Notes: generated by a model from the letters alone, not told the origin. A stretch of DNA of 64,000 nucleotides from Octopus sinensis (GCF_006345805.1 NC_042997.1:61318001-61382000); one strand, 5' to 3'. Shown: positions 23,058 to 35,882, counted from the stretch's first letter. Made by a program: numbers and translations.

Positions 23058-23401
23058 TACTTTATTTGTAGCTAAAAGGAAAATTGTTATTTGTGGTTAG
23101 AAATCTGAAATATATATCAGTTAGATTATGTTATTTTGTTATGAACAAGTCAAACTACCTAAATGAGTCAAACTGTTTAAAATAGTTCATCTCCCTTAGA
23201 TCCTAAAAGAAAATCATTGTTTTCATCTATTATTTAATTCAGATCAAATCCTGAAGTTGTGAAATTAAGTTGTTGACCAACTTATCGAAAAAACCTTCTG
23301 TTGAACATTTGTTACACCCATTATATGATATTACTAAGTAAGATATTTTGATTTTGGATTTGATTTGCAAATTTTTTTATATGAGATTGTGTGTTGAAGT
23401 A

Positions 23402-23620
23402 TATTCTGTTGTGTCTGGGGAGAGTCATTTTCTTTTTGTGCCATATAATTTAACACACTCACCAGTAAAATTTCCACTTATTTCTTATTCCAAAAAGGTT
23501 GCAAGACATAACAAAAATTTTAGGAAAATAAAAATAAGAAATAAGTGGAAATTTTACTGGTGAGTGTGTTAAATTATAAGGCACAAGAAGAAAATGACTC
23601 TCCCCAGACACAACAGAATA
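23402..23620. repeat. Long inverted repeat (88-bp arms, 43-nt spacer)
   Basis: 23402-23489 versus reverse complement of 23533-23620: 86/88 identical. Confidence 0.95.
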
Positions 23621-24383
23621 AGTAAGATATGTTCACCAGTTTCCACATTGTATAAGTGACCAAGAGTACAATACTTCTCACTTTTTGAGATACTACTCCA
23701 TTGCAGGATTAATAACCAGCTGTTGCTAATACTCATTTTCAGCTGACTGGATTGAAACAGCATAAAATAAATCATTTTACTCAAGAACACTAAGCACTGA
23801 TTGATCTTGGAGCATTAAATAGCTAACTTGCAATAATTATGAAATAAGAAAAAACAACAAAATAATATTAGGTGTTAGTTAATGATATTTTAATTATTGC
23901 AGGAAGTATAGGAGGTAACTTTGAGTATATTTTGGTCATGGTCCTTGCATCAAATGTATTAAATCTAACTCAACTATTGTTTTGCATGCAAGTAGCATTT
24001 CTGATAATTTTTTGCTCTCTCTAAATAATTCTATTTTCTTATACCAACAGTGTGCAATGCAATCCTGCACAGTGAAGTATATGCTTTGCTGAGGAGGTCA
24101 TTATGTGTTTCAAAGTTGTCTCATGTTCTTGTAAAAATAATAAAAATAATATTAGTCATGACTAATATTATTTTCCCTTTCAATGCATAATTCTTCCTAA
24201 TAACCTTTTTAAATGATAATAAGGATGATGGGGAGGGGGAGGAGGGTGGTGACAATGACCATGACTATTTAATGTTCACCTTTTCATGCTTACATGGATC
24301 AGATGGAATTTGTTGTGAAAAATTTTCTGTGACTGGAAGTCCTTCCTGTCACCAACCTCCCCCTGTCTCAGGCCAGGTATGTA

Positions 24384-24557
24384 CGAGGGGCGTTCAATAA
24401 GTAATGCCCCTGACCCACTTCCCATAGCAGTAGAACAACGACACTTGGCACAGTTATTAGTCTTTTCCTACATAGGAACTACCCAGAGTTATGCATTTCT
24501 CCCATCGTTTGATACAGCTCTGGAGACCGTTTTTGTAGAAGACCCCAGCTTGGTCCT
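24384..24557 (-). mobile_element. Truncated copy of the 7405 mariner (one TIR plus transposase 3' end)
   Basis: TA followed by CGAGGGGCGTTCAATAAG...; collinear with 7405-7577, then stops abruptly. Confidence 0.92.
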
Positions 24558-25971
24558 GTTTATCAGGATAATAGCATCTCTGAATGAAAACTTAAATGCT
24601 AATTTCATTTCATGGTTGAATAGTTAGCTTTAGGAAGTACATATAGCTGTGAATATTTTCTGACAGTTCATATGCAAATATTGAAATGGTAAAGATCCAC
24701 TCAGTGTATGCTCTGGTGTGAGATAAAGAATTTAAAACTTCAAAAAATATAAACTAAGTCATTAAGATAATCATATTATTAATGAAAATAATTTAAATTC
24801 TGCTGAGGTCGACTTTTTCTTTCATCCCTTCAGAGTTGATAAAGTAAGTATCAGTTGAGCCCTGGAATCAGTTAATCGACTTACCCACTACCCGAAATTG
24901 CTGGCCTTGCAGCAAATATTTAAAATCAATATTAGTGACAGGAATGTTAATGAAGACATGACAGTAAGGGTGACAATGACAATGACGGTGATAATGATGA
25001 TTATGATGGCAAAAAGGCAACAACAATTGTGGTGACAATGCTTATGAAAATAACATAACTGATCATAATTTATAAACTATTCCTGTGATTATATCCTTAC
25101 TGTGTGTGGCCAATGATGATGGTGGTGAGGAAGGGACATTTGGTTTTGTTTTTAGTTTTGGAAGATTCTCCTAAAGGCTTTCCTTTTTGTGTACCTCTTA
25201 CAAGCTTCTGTATGTACTTCTCTCTGATTAAAAATGTGTAATAATTAATTTTGTTTGTGCAAAATGTTTAACTGTTGGCAATAAATTATTTCATATTCTA
25301 TGTAATCAGGTTTATCCATACATCAAACTTTGGGGATCTTGTTATGTAATGCAAGAGGAGTAACTCAGATTAATATGAAGCTATCCAATAAGGAGTTAGA
25401 TATTTATGTATTTAATTCAAGGCTGAAAATGTTGATGCTTCTGTAGTGCAGTATGTCTATGGTTTCATTTCTGCTATATTGCTTTTCCACATTCAAATTG
25501 TATGATTAAAATGTATACCAATTAATTTTGTTTCTATTATGATCTTAACTAATGATAATTTTTATACATACACACACACACCAACTACTTGTATACTAAA
25601 ACTTCTGTTGCATTAGTTAATTTATATCAATAATTGCAAATTAAGAACTAAACTGATAGTAAGCTCTTCTGTCAATTGTAATTCCTTAAACACTAACTCA
25701 TACTTTTAAACATGTTCTGCTTCCTTTGCTCCATATATCTGAGTTGATTTTTGTAAAAGACCTTGTCACCAAAAATGATATAGATTTAACCACCAACCAC
25801 TTCAAACTCAGACTCAGTCATCACAACCACACTTTAGAAATCCAGTTAGCAAAATTCTCACTATTTATAGTCTTTTAACCAAAAATAAAAGACATCAAAA
25901 ACTATTTTGGGATTTTATTGGCATCAGGCTTTCCTATTTCTAATTATCAAGGATTCGCAATCTGTGTACTG

Positions 25972-26190
25972 CAGAAACAATACTTTTCACTTGGAAACAC
26001 AAAAATAAATTCTTTATAAGAAATTATATAAATGTAAACGGAAAAGATGTACATCATATAGTTGTTACCTTCTAACTCACAATCTATGTATCACAGAAAT
26101 GATACTTTTCTCTTAGAAACACAAAAATAAATTCTTTGTAAGAAATTATATAGATTCAAATGGAAAAGATGTACACCATGTAGTTGCTGC
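25972..26190. repeat. Diverged 97-bp direct repeat (period 122, about 87% identity)
   Basis: CAGAAACAATACTTTTC... versus CAGAAATGATACTTTTC... Confidence 0.85.
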
Positions 26191-29169
26191 TCTCTGGCCT
26201 TAAAAACCTCACTTCTTTTAACTCAGTCGCATGCTCCCTGCATTCTTATCTGCTGGCTCATTCTGACACATGTTAAGGACATAGTACCTAGAACTAACAA
26301 CAATATAACTGTCATTCACTGATTGATTCAACCAATTGCAGCACTAATTGTTTCCAAAAGTTTTCTCTGCCTCCATCACCCTGTGCCACTCTACTGTCCA
26401 GTCAGTCAGTCAGTGGAATATTGGTTCTTAGTATTTGCCTGACATTTAAAAGTGAGAAACTTTAAGTAGCAAATTCTGAATAATATCTAAATTCTCTAAC
26501 CATGTATTGAGTTCTCGCTCAGTTGTATAAACATGATCATGTTTATATATATATGACAGCAGTGTTATCAGCATCACTTGTAATATAATGCAATATTATA
26601 TCTTCATTTGTAATGTTGTCACAATGAAATACACGAACATACGCACACACACATTTATAAATATGTATATATGTGTGTGTGTATGAGAGAGAGGAAGAGA
26701 GAGAGAGAGAGAGCGAGAGAGAGAGGTGTATAATATCTTGTTATAACAACACTGGAACATAAGATATTAAGTTATATAGTGAGTGTTATTAATAACGTGG
26801 CTGTCATAAATTTCTATTTGTTTTCTGTGAAGTTTTTCCCATTTGCAGAGTTTGTGCTTCAATATTTATATAAAAGAAAAAAAATGGGGACTAGTTCTTA
26901 TTTAAACAGTTGTGTGTAGTTGTGCATGTGGCCATGTGCTTGTGAGTGTTTGTGTGTTGTGTGATTGCATGCATGAGTGAGTGAGTATTTGTGCAAGTGT
27001 ATGTGTGATTTTGATGAGCTTCCTTTACCAGTGACATTCATAGAACATCACATGATTTTTTTTCCCCTCATGCAACCTTTAGTGTCTATTTCAACTGTAA
27101 ATTATTTGCTTTTTCTAATCTTTTAGTGTTTCACTGGTTTCAGTTATTAGACTGCAGCCTTGTTGCAGCATTGCCTTCAAGGATTATTAGTTGATCATAG
27201 TTTACTCTTGTACTTATATATCATTTCCTACATATCAAATTACTAAGTTACAGAAACAATAAAAGCAGCAACACTGGCTTTATTTCAACCAATGCAAATA
27301 TAAATTACACACACGTGTGTGTATATATACATGTGGGTGTGTGCATGTGTGCTTGTGCATATATATGTATGTATACACAGGCTTTTGTAGTTTCTGCCTA
27401 TCAAATTTCACTAACAGGCATTGGTCAACACAAGGCTATTGCAAGAAGGCACTTGCTTAAGGTGCTACACAGTAGGATCGACCCTAAAACCATGTAGTTG
27501 CAAGCAAATTTCTCATCTACAAGGCCATGCTGAAGCCTAATGAATTCATTTAATTGTTTAAAATCCTAATTTGATTTGAAAACTCTGTGTGAATGGTTAT
27601 TTATGGGTTGTGTAATAAGTTTGAATATGCTGTGGTGTGAGAAAATCAATAATGGCCTGCGAAGATTCCTTATACCAAAAAGCAGTGTTTGATCTCATTC
27701 AGTAGTTGACCCACTTTGTGCAAAAATTCTTATTGGTGATAGATATTAACGGAAAAAAAAAATAAAAACCTCTCTCTGTGAAGAAAAACCATAATTTGTT
27801 TCAGGCCATTAAATAATGGCATTTTGTGAAACTAGATTAGTAGAACATATAAATTCTTATTTAGTTAGTGTTGTGTATGTATGCATGGGCATACAATGTG
27901 TGTATTTATTTATTTAGTTGTGTGTGTGTGTGTGTGTGTGTGTGTGGTGTATGTATGTGTGCATGCATGTGCATGTGTATACATATGTGTGCATGTAGTG
28001 TGTGTGTGTAAATTTTGAGCATACTAAATCATTGCATTATTATTACACTGTTGGAGAAGGTATGTAAATTTCAATTTAAGAAATCCTTCAGTTTGTGAAG
28101 ATGAAAAGGAAATTAAGGTTTATTGATTGCTAAATACAAAAGAGAGATTTTTCTCACTTAGTTTACAATGACAGTCCAGTAAAACCTGTTTCAAACAGTG
28201 TTGCCTTCAATTTTCTGTTTGATTACTTTTGCAGTTTGTCTTGCTAAGAGCCAATAAAATATATCTGTTCAAAGTTACTTTACTAGTGATACTCAATTTT
28301 AGATTAAATCTGTTCAGTGGCTAAAACAATAGAATGCAAGACTAGATTAAATGTCTTGTAATATTTGGCTTCATTTAAGTTTTGCGTTCAAGTTTTCTGC
28401 CAGTGTTGTATTTCATCCTTGCATGGTTAATAAAACAAGTGTCCGATACCATACTGGAGGCAATGATAGGAGTAATCATCTTTTCTCTTCTGGACAACTT
28501 TGTTAGCCTTGTGGCAAAGTGGAAATCTGTATTCAGTTTCATATTGACTACTAAAGGAATCATCATTTATTGATTTTAAGATATAATCAATAAATATAGT
28601 GTTTGAATACCATTCTATAATATTCACTTTCTTTTATTTGTTAGCATTTTGACAGTTATTTGATTTAGGGTGAAAAAAAAAAATCAAATATATCAATAGA
28701 ATTGTAGTGACAGAGGAAAACATTGTATATTCTTGATAGAAAATCTGTATAACCAGTAAGAGATTTTGATTTAATGTTGGATGATATATTAACAGCTTAA
28801 TTGTAAAAAGCTTCAACTAGAATTTGTCAAATCTGTTAGTTTTTGAAATCACAAAATCAACTCTTCAGCTCAAGGCATGTTTTTGAAATACAACATATAA
28901 TTGGTAAAAATAATAATTTTTATGTGTCACTTCTGTAATATGAAATTATGCAAAAATATTGATGTTTGTGATTTCTGACATTTATACTGAAACTGAATTT
29001 GTAGGAGTTCTGTCACCTTATATGTATGATACATCTAAAAGAGGGTTGGTAAAAGAAACCCTGGCTTTGATGAGGCTCTGATCAATTTAGATGAACTATA
29101 AGATCAACTATTGCTAATTAGCAACTGCCCTCAGGACAGCTGGTTTTTTGAAAGGCTAGGCTGCTTCAG

Positions 29170-29830
29170 TGTTCAATGACAAACATCCTAGTGATCAGAT
29201 TAAATGGTCACCTATTGGAATCATTTTGAATCACATGCTCAGTCCATCGAGTGTGACCACTCACATTGACTTTTGTATATTCTGCACATTTGTATACACT
29301 GATTAGTCACAATTGTGGAAGTTAGAGGTGTTGAAAGATATTTGTTCAAAGTAGGATACAAAAGAGTTATGTCAGCACACTTGGCAAACATAATTGTAAT
29401 GGTGTTGAATAATATGGAAATCAAGATGATTGATACTGTTGTAAAGAGATATAAGGCAGTAACAGGGTAAAGATTAACCTGAACAAGCCAGAGAGTTCAT
29501 AGATTTGCATATAGGTAGTAATATGGCATGCTGGACAGGTGGAACAGTCAAGTTGCTTGAGATTTCGTTCAGTGTACTCCTACAGGTTAATAGGAACTGG
29601 GGTGAGGTTATAGCAACGTGGTCAGTCTCATTCAGAAATGGACTGAGAGAAAGCTATTCCTGAAAGCTTGGGCAGAGGTGGCACATGTATATGTCATCTC
29701 TGTTATTCACAAATTTAATATATAGGTATTAATGACCTGTACACTTATATGAAACAATTGTTGTGGAATATAGAGCAACCAACAAGGGCAGGCATTTTTC
29801 TTCTTTTTGGTAATTATGATAGATGAAGTT
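29170..29830 (+). pseudogene. Tx1/L1-like LINE reverse transcriptase remnant
   Basis: IRLNGHLLESF*ITCSVHR..PL, SAH(Y)ANIIVMV, YKAVTG.KINLNK, WTGGTVKLL motifs in order, heavily disrupted. Confidence 0.6.
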
Positions 29831-30699
29831 GTGTGGTGGAGAAAACTGAAGGTCAACACTGCTTTTTTTGTTAAGCTCTCATAGACTTTTTCAAGTTTTA
29901 CATGGAAAAGAAAGTAAGATTGGATAAAGAAGTGCTCTCCCTGTAAATTTGTTTAAATGTGAAAGACAGTAGCAAATTTGGCACAAGTGAATGGTTCTAC
30001 TCTAAGCATGTGCTTTGGACCAGAAAATGATATTTGGTAGAAAGTACCTTACTTTGGTAATCAGCTTAATCCTAGATGTGTGAGGTCCCTTGACTCTAGG
30101 AGGTGATTTTTCCTCTCTAAGGACTATATCACATATTTGTATACATTGTGCAAAATTTTTTCATCTTCATCAATTTTATTTCTCACTATGCAAAACCCCA
30201 CGATTTTTGTAATTTGCATTTGCAATGTCATCTTCATTCTGAATTCAAATCCTATTGAGTGATGTATTTCATCCTCCTGAAGTTTGATAAATTAAATACC
30301 AGTCAAATATTGAGATCAGTACAAACAACTGACCCCCCCCCCTCTCAATTTGCTGCATATTGATGTTGTTGCTAAGCCTGTGTAAGCTTGGCTGCAAATC
30401 TACAAAGATGTTCTGGTAATGATCAGTGTCCTTCTTTCAGACACTATACATCTAGAACTACATTATCCAATATATCTTTCTCTTCTCATGACAATGTGGT
30501 ATAACAATAAGAAATATTTAGCTGCTCTTTCTTGCCAGTTGAATAAATTTCTATCAAATTTTCTCATTTCTCCTCATAACCAGTTTTTATTTCAGTTTTT
30601 GCTTTTAATTTATTGGCTTCCTTGAAGATAGAAAATTGTTACTTTTTGTACAAGTTTTGCAGCAATTTGTGTTATTTTCCTCTTATTCTTTACTAAATA

Positions 30700-31291
30700 T
30701 GTTTTGTAGTCCTACAGTAGATGCATCATGTTAATTTTCTAGTTGCAGCTATCTTTCTGTAGTTGTGGTAAATATAATTTTTTCTGTATCAGATTTTGGG
30801 TGGGTAGCCTATTCTGAATGTCGTCATTATTTTCCTTGTTTTCATGTCTAGTCATGTTGATTCACCTAGCATATAGTTGGGATTATCATAACAATGACTT
30901 AATACTGAGATAGCAAGAGTATTGATGTTTTTGCGTCTAACTGTGTTCTAATGCATCTACATTGTCCTTCTTCACTTTTACTTTCATTTGTGTGTATTAT
31001 ATTCCATCTCATTCATTAATTCCTAAGTATTTGTAAATCTGTATTTGATATTCTTTTATCTTTGTTTCTTTATTTAACACTATATTATCGATCTTCATCT
31101 TTCAAATTTACTGTACCTCATTTCTCTAAACTGAATTTCATATTAGTTCTTTTAGTGAATCTTTGTGCAAGCCTTTTAAACAGTGTTTCCAGTTGTTTAT
31201 CACCTGTGAAGTACAGCTTGAGACCATTTATATTTTTTAAAATGGTTGATTGTTTTCCTGTGACATTTTCATCGAAGTCCAGTCTTGTTTA
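30700..31291 (-). pseudogene. R4/Dong-like LINE reverse transcriptase remnant
   Basis: NKTGL...KTINH..Y.(D)GLKLYFTGDKQLETL...NMKFSLEK, resembling the INHLFYMDDLKLY...MEFGLEKC block. Confidence 0.65.
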
Positions 31292-31324
31292 CTAAACAAG
31301 ACTGGATTTGGATGAAAATGTCAC
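31260..31324. repeat. Near-perfect 65-bp palindrome (32-bp arms, 1-nt spacer, 2 mismatches)
   Basis: GTGACATTTTCATCGAAGTCCAGTCTTGTTTA-C-TAAACAAGACTGGATTTGGATGAAAATGTCAC. Confidence 0.95.
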
Positions 31325-31447
31325 ATTAATACCTTGGTTAAAGGTATTAGTGTCACATTAATACCTTGATTAAAGTTATTAATGCCAAGCATAAACAGGT
31401 AAAGAGAGAAAGTATCCTTGAAATATTTATTCAAAATATCTAAAGAG

Positions 31448-34400
31448 CCCACTCGCTTCAAAATATCTAAAGAATACGCACAGATCATGAATGGCTAAAA
31501 GTTAAGTGAATCGTCCAACCTCGCTACGACTACCTTCTTTCTTGCACTTATTCTTATTCTTTCTCTATTCTTCAATTTCCATCTCATTGTATTGTCCCTC
31601 ATTCTTTCAGTATTCCCTCATTACCCTGTCTAGCTCAAACATTTTTTTTCGTTTAGACTTGTCTACAGGTTCATAGCCACTCTGATTTTTCAATTTTTCG
31701 TTTAGTGTTGTCTCCCGATTCATACAAACCCATTTGCTAGCTCATACGATTAACAGAACCTCTTTACCCAGACACGGTGTTATATTAGCTATCAATAATG
31801 ATATTCCCTCTGATTTTTCTGATTTTCAAACCTATTTATCTAATGTTTATTTATCGACAATGCCGTCCCCAGTCAAATTCCCTCACACCGCTTATTGTCA
31901 CGTGTCCCTTGACCTCTCTCTCTAACTAACCCTATCTCTCTCTCTCTATGTCCCCCCTTCCCATAACCATCATCGCCATGGTTCTCTATGCCCCCACCCC
32001 TTCCCAAAACCATCATCGCCATATATAAAAGAGCGATCGCATTTATCGTTAACCCCACTCGCTTCAAAATATCTAAAGAATACGCACAGATCATGAATGG
32101 CTAAAAGTTAAGTGAATCGTCCAACCTCGCTACGACTACCTTCTTTCTTGCACTTATTCTTATTTTTTCTCTATTCTTCTCTATACACGAAGCTACTGTC
32201 CACCGTCCCAGGGTCTCTAGAGCCCATGCCTCCCACACCCTCAGGGTTGGCACCCTCAACGTTGGCACTCTGAAAGGTAGGTCTGGTGAGATAGTCGAGA
32301 TGCTTGAACGGAGATGTGTGGATATATGTTGCATGCAAGAAATAAGGTGGAGAGGAGGATCAGCTAGGTTCCTCACAGGCAAGGAACGCAGGTACAAGAT
32401 TTTCTGGGCAGGGAACACTGACGGGGTTGGTGGCGTGGGTATACTTATCGCTGAGAAATGGGTAGATAAAGTAATTGAGGTAATCAGAGTATGTGACAGA
32501 ATACTTAAGATTAGATTAGTGCTTCATCATAGTTTAGCAACCATTATATCAGCCTATGCTCCTCAGTCGGGGCTACCCAATGGACAGAAAGACCGATTCT
32601 ATGACACTCTACTGCAGACTACCTCGTTGACGAATGACAGAGACCTTATCTTTGTGGCTGGTGACTTCAATGGTCACGTTGGACGACATGCTGGGGGCTT
32701 CCATGGCGTACATGGAGGCTATGGCTATGGCTCCCGCAACGAGGAGGGAACCAGGCTGCTGGAGTTCTGCGATGCAAATAATCTTATGATTTGCAACACT
32801 AACTTCAGGAAACCTACCAGCCACCTAGTCACTTACCAATCGGGCCAACATACCAGCCAAATTGACTACATCCTTACAAGGCAAAGGGAGAGATGGCTGC
32901 TTATAAATGCCAAAACCTTCCCAGGTGAATAATGTACCCCACAACATAGACTGGTAGTTAGTGACTTTAGGATCAGGACTAGGAGGACAACCAGAAGACG
33001 ACAAATATGGAGAAGAAGGATCTGGAAGCTTAAAGATCCTGCAAATGGACAGAGATTTAGGGACATATTACTTGAAGCCTCTGACGAAGTAGAAGGGGAT
33101 AGAGCATCACAGGGGGTAGAAGACAGCTGGACGTTTCTAAGGGACAACCTGCTGAGAGCCACTGACCAGATCTGTGGCTGGTGCAAAGTCCCCTCTCGAC
33201 CTAGAATAACGTGGTGGTGGAACAATATTGTAGACAGGGCTATTAGAGAAAAGAGACAGGCTTGGAAGGTCTGGAAAAATGGGGGTAGCAGGGGATTGTA
33301 TCAGACTGCCAAAAGAGAAGCTAGGAGACAGGTTTATTTAGCCAGAGGGGAAGCAGATAAGAAAAAATTTGCCAATGTTCTGCGCCGTGAGGACCAAAGA
33401 CTGGAGGTGTTTCGTGTTGCAAGACAGTGTGTGAGAGAGAATCGTGATGTGGTAGGAGAGAAGTGTGTTCGCATGGAAGATGGTTCACTTGCGCTAAATG
33501 AGGATGCAAAGAGAGAGGTTTGGAGATGCCACTATGAAAGGTTGCTGAATGAAGAAAATGAATGGGATAAAGAGTTTGCCGAATGTTGACCCAACAGAGG
33601 GACCAGCTATCCGAGTTGATAGTTCCGTGGTAGCTAAGGCAATTAGAAGCATGAAGACAGGGAAAGCCCCAGGCCCATCAGGAATCACTGCAGAGATGCT
33701 CAAAATGTCTGGTAGTGTCGGCTATAGCCTAGTCACCCGTATAGTTAATCAGGTGATACACAAAGGGGTCATACCCAATGGCTGGTGTAGCAGTATAATA
33801 GTCAACTGCTACAAAGGTAAAGGTGATGCCCTAGATACAAATAACTACAGAGGTGATGAAGGTTACGGAGAGGGTCATAGCCCAACTAATTAGAGAGAGA
33901 GTTAGTTTAGATGAGATGCAGTTTGGGTTTGTGCCAGGGAAAAGTACTACTGATGTTATATTCCTGGTAAGGCAGCTGCAGGAGAAATACCTAGCCAAAG
34001 ATAAGCCCCTGTACCTGGCTTTTGTTGACATGGAGAAAGCCTTCGACAGGGTCCCCCGATCCCTTATCTGGTGGGCAATGAGGAAACTAGGGATAGATGA
34101 ATGGTTAGTGAGAGCTGTGCGGGCCATGTACAGGGACGCCGCTAGTAGGGTGAGGGTTGGAAATGTGTACAGTGAAGAATTCCGGGTAGAGGTAGGAGTC
34201 CACCAAGGCTCAGTACTCAGCCCCCTCCTATTTATCATAGTCCTCCAGGCAATAACGGAGGAATTCAAGACAGGATGCCCTTGGGAGCTCCTCTATGCTG
34301 ATGACCTTGCTCTAATTGCTGAGTCGCTATCAGAACTGGAGGAGAAGTTTCAGGTGTGGAAACAAGGATTAGAATCGAAGGGCCTCAGAGTCAATCTAGC

Positions 34401-35882
34401 TAAAACCAAAGTCGTAATCAGTAGGAAGGTAGACAAATCACAAACACCTTCAGGTAGATGGCCCTGCTCGATCTGTAGAAAAGGTGTAGGTAGAAACTCT
34501 ATAAGATGCACCAAGTGTAAGCTATGGACACATAAGAGATGCAGCAATGTCAAAGGAAGGCTAACTAGGAAGATGGTTTTTGTATGTGGCAGATGCTCAG
34601 GAACAATAAACACTGAAAATGCTCTGAGACCAACTTCCGTCACTTTCCAGGGAGAAAAACTAGAAATAGTACAGGAATTTGAAGGGGTTGATAGTTTCCG
34701 TTACCTAGGTGACCAAGTCAGCAGCGGGGGCGGGTGTGCTGAAAGTGTAACTGCTAGAGTAAGAATAGCTTGGGCAAAGTTCAGAGAGCTCTTACCTCTG
34801 CTGGTGACAAAAGGCCTCTCGCACAGAGTGAAAGGCAGACTGTATGATGCGTGTGTACGAACAGCCATGCTACATGGCAGTGAAAAATGGGCCGTGACTG
34901 CTGAGGATATGCGTAAGCTCACTAGAAATGAAGCCAGTATGCTCCGATGGATGTGTAATGCCGGTACTCACACTCGGCAGAGTGTAAGTACCTTGAGAGA
35001 AAAGCTGGACCTAAGAAGCATCAGTTGTGGTGTGCAAGAGAGACGTTTGCGCTGGTATGGTCATGTGGCGAGAATGGATGAAGATAGTTGTGTGAAAAAG
35101 TGCCACACCCTAGCGGTTGAGGGAACCTGTGGAAGAGGCAGACCCAGGAAAACCTGGGACGAGGTGGTGAAGCACGACCTTCGAACTTTAGGTCTCACTG
35201 AGGAAATGACTAGAGACCGAGACCTCTGGAAGTGTGCTGTGCGCGAGAAGACCCGGCAGGACAAGTGAGTCCATAACCCGTGGCCTTCTACATGGGATGG
35301 AGCCAGCCTACGTATGCATACCTTCCCTTCTTGGGACACAAAACTCTACTTGTGAAGACGTGATGAGGCAAGTGAGGATCAGAATCGAAATCGATCAATG
35401 GAAATTGCAGATGTGCTACCAGTGCCGGTGGCATGCCAAAACTCTGCTTGTGAGGACCCGTTGAGGCAAGTGACGATCAGAATCGAAATCGATCAATGGA
35501 AATCGATCAATGGAAATTGCAGATGTGTTACCAGTGCCGGTGGCATGTAAGAGAACTTTCCGTTTCGCGACCGTTGCCAGCACCGCCCCGTTTCGTGTCC
35601 GTTGCCAGCCTCGCCTGGCCCTCGTGCCGGTGGCACATAAAAAGCACCATCCGTTCGTGGCCGTTTGCCAACTCTGTCTGGCACCAGTGCGGGTGGCACG
35701 TAAAAAGCACCCACTACACTCACGGAGTGGTTGGCGTTAGGAAGGGCATCCAGCCGTAGAAACACTGCCAGATTTGACTGGGCCTGATGAAGCCTTCTGG
35801 CTTCACAGACCCCAGTAGAACCGTCCAACCCATGCTAGCATGGAAAACGAACGCTAAACGATGATGATGATGATGATGATGA
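31448..35882 (+). mobile_element. Near-full-length RTE-clade LINE
   Basis: Pyrimidine-rich 5' region, APE endonuclease, RT (LYADD), 3' UTR with stem-loop modules and a (GAT)n tail. CpGs are retained, suggesting a young copy. No clear TSD. Confidence 0.93.
32240..35268 (+). pseudogene. RTE ORF2 (APE endonuclease, RT, PHD finger) with 1 nonsense and 2 frameshift lesions
   Basis: LRVGTLNVGTL, DICCMQE, AGDFNGHVG, QIDYIL; stop at 32930-32932; shift near 33570; shift near 33852; FVDMEKAFD, GVHQGSVLSP, LLYADD, FRYLG. Confidence 0.93.

Noticed and set aside
26526-26547. 22-bp perfect palindrome
   Set aside because: AT-rich and next to a TA repeat; plausible by slippage or chance.
32105-32240. Hydrophobic signal-peptide-like extension upstream of the RTE endonuclease
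   Set aside because: No in-frame ATG after the upstream stop; the hydrophobicity follows from the pyrimidine-rich sequence.
32101-35828. Antisense and alternative-frame ORFs over the RTE (for example 33831-34268) and the mariners
   Set aside because: Shadow ORFs of TE coding sequence and 3' UTR.
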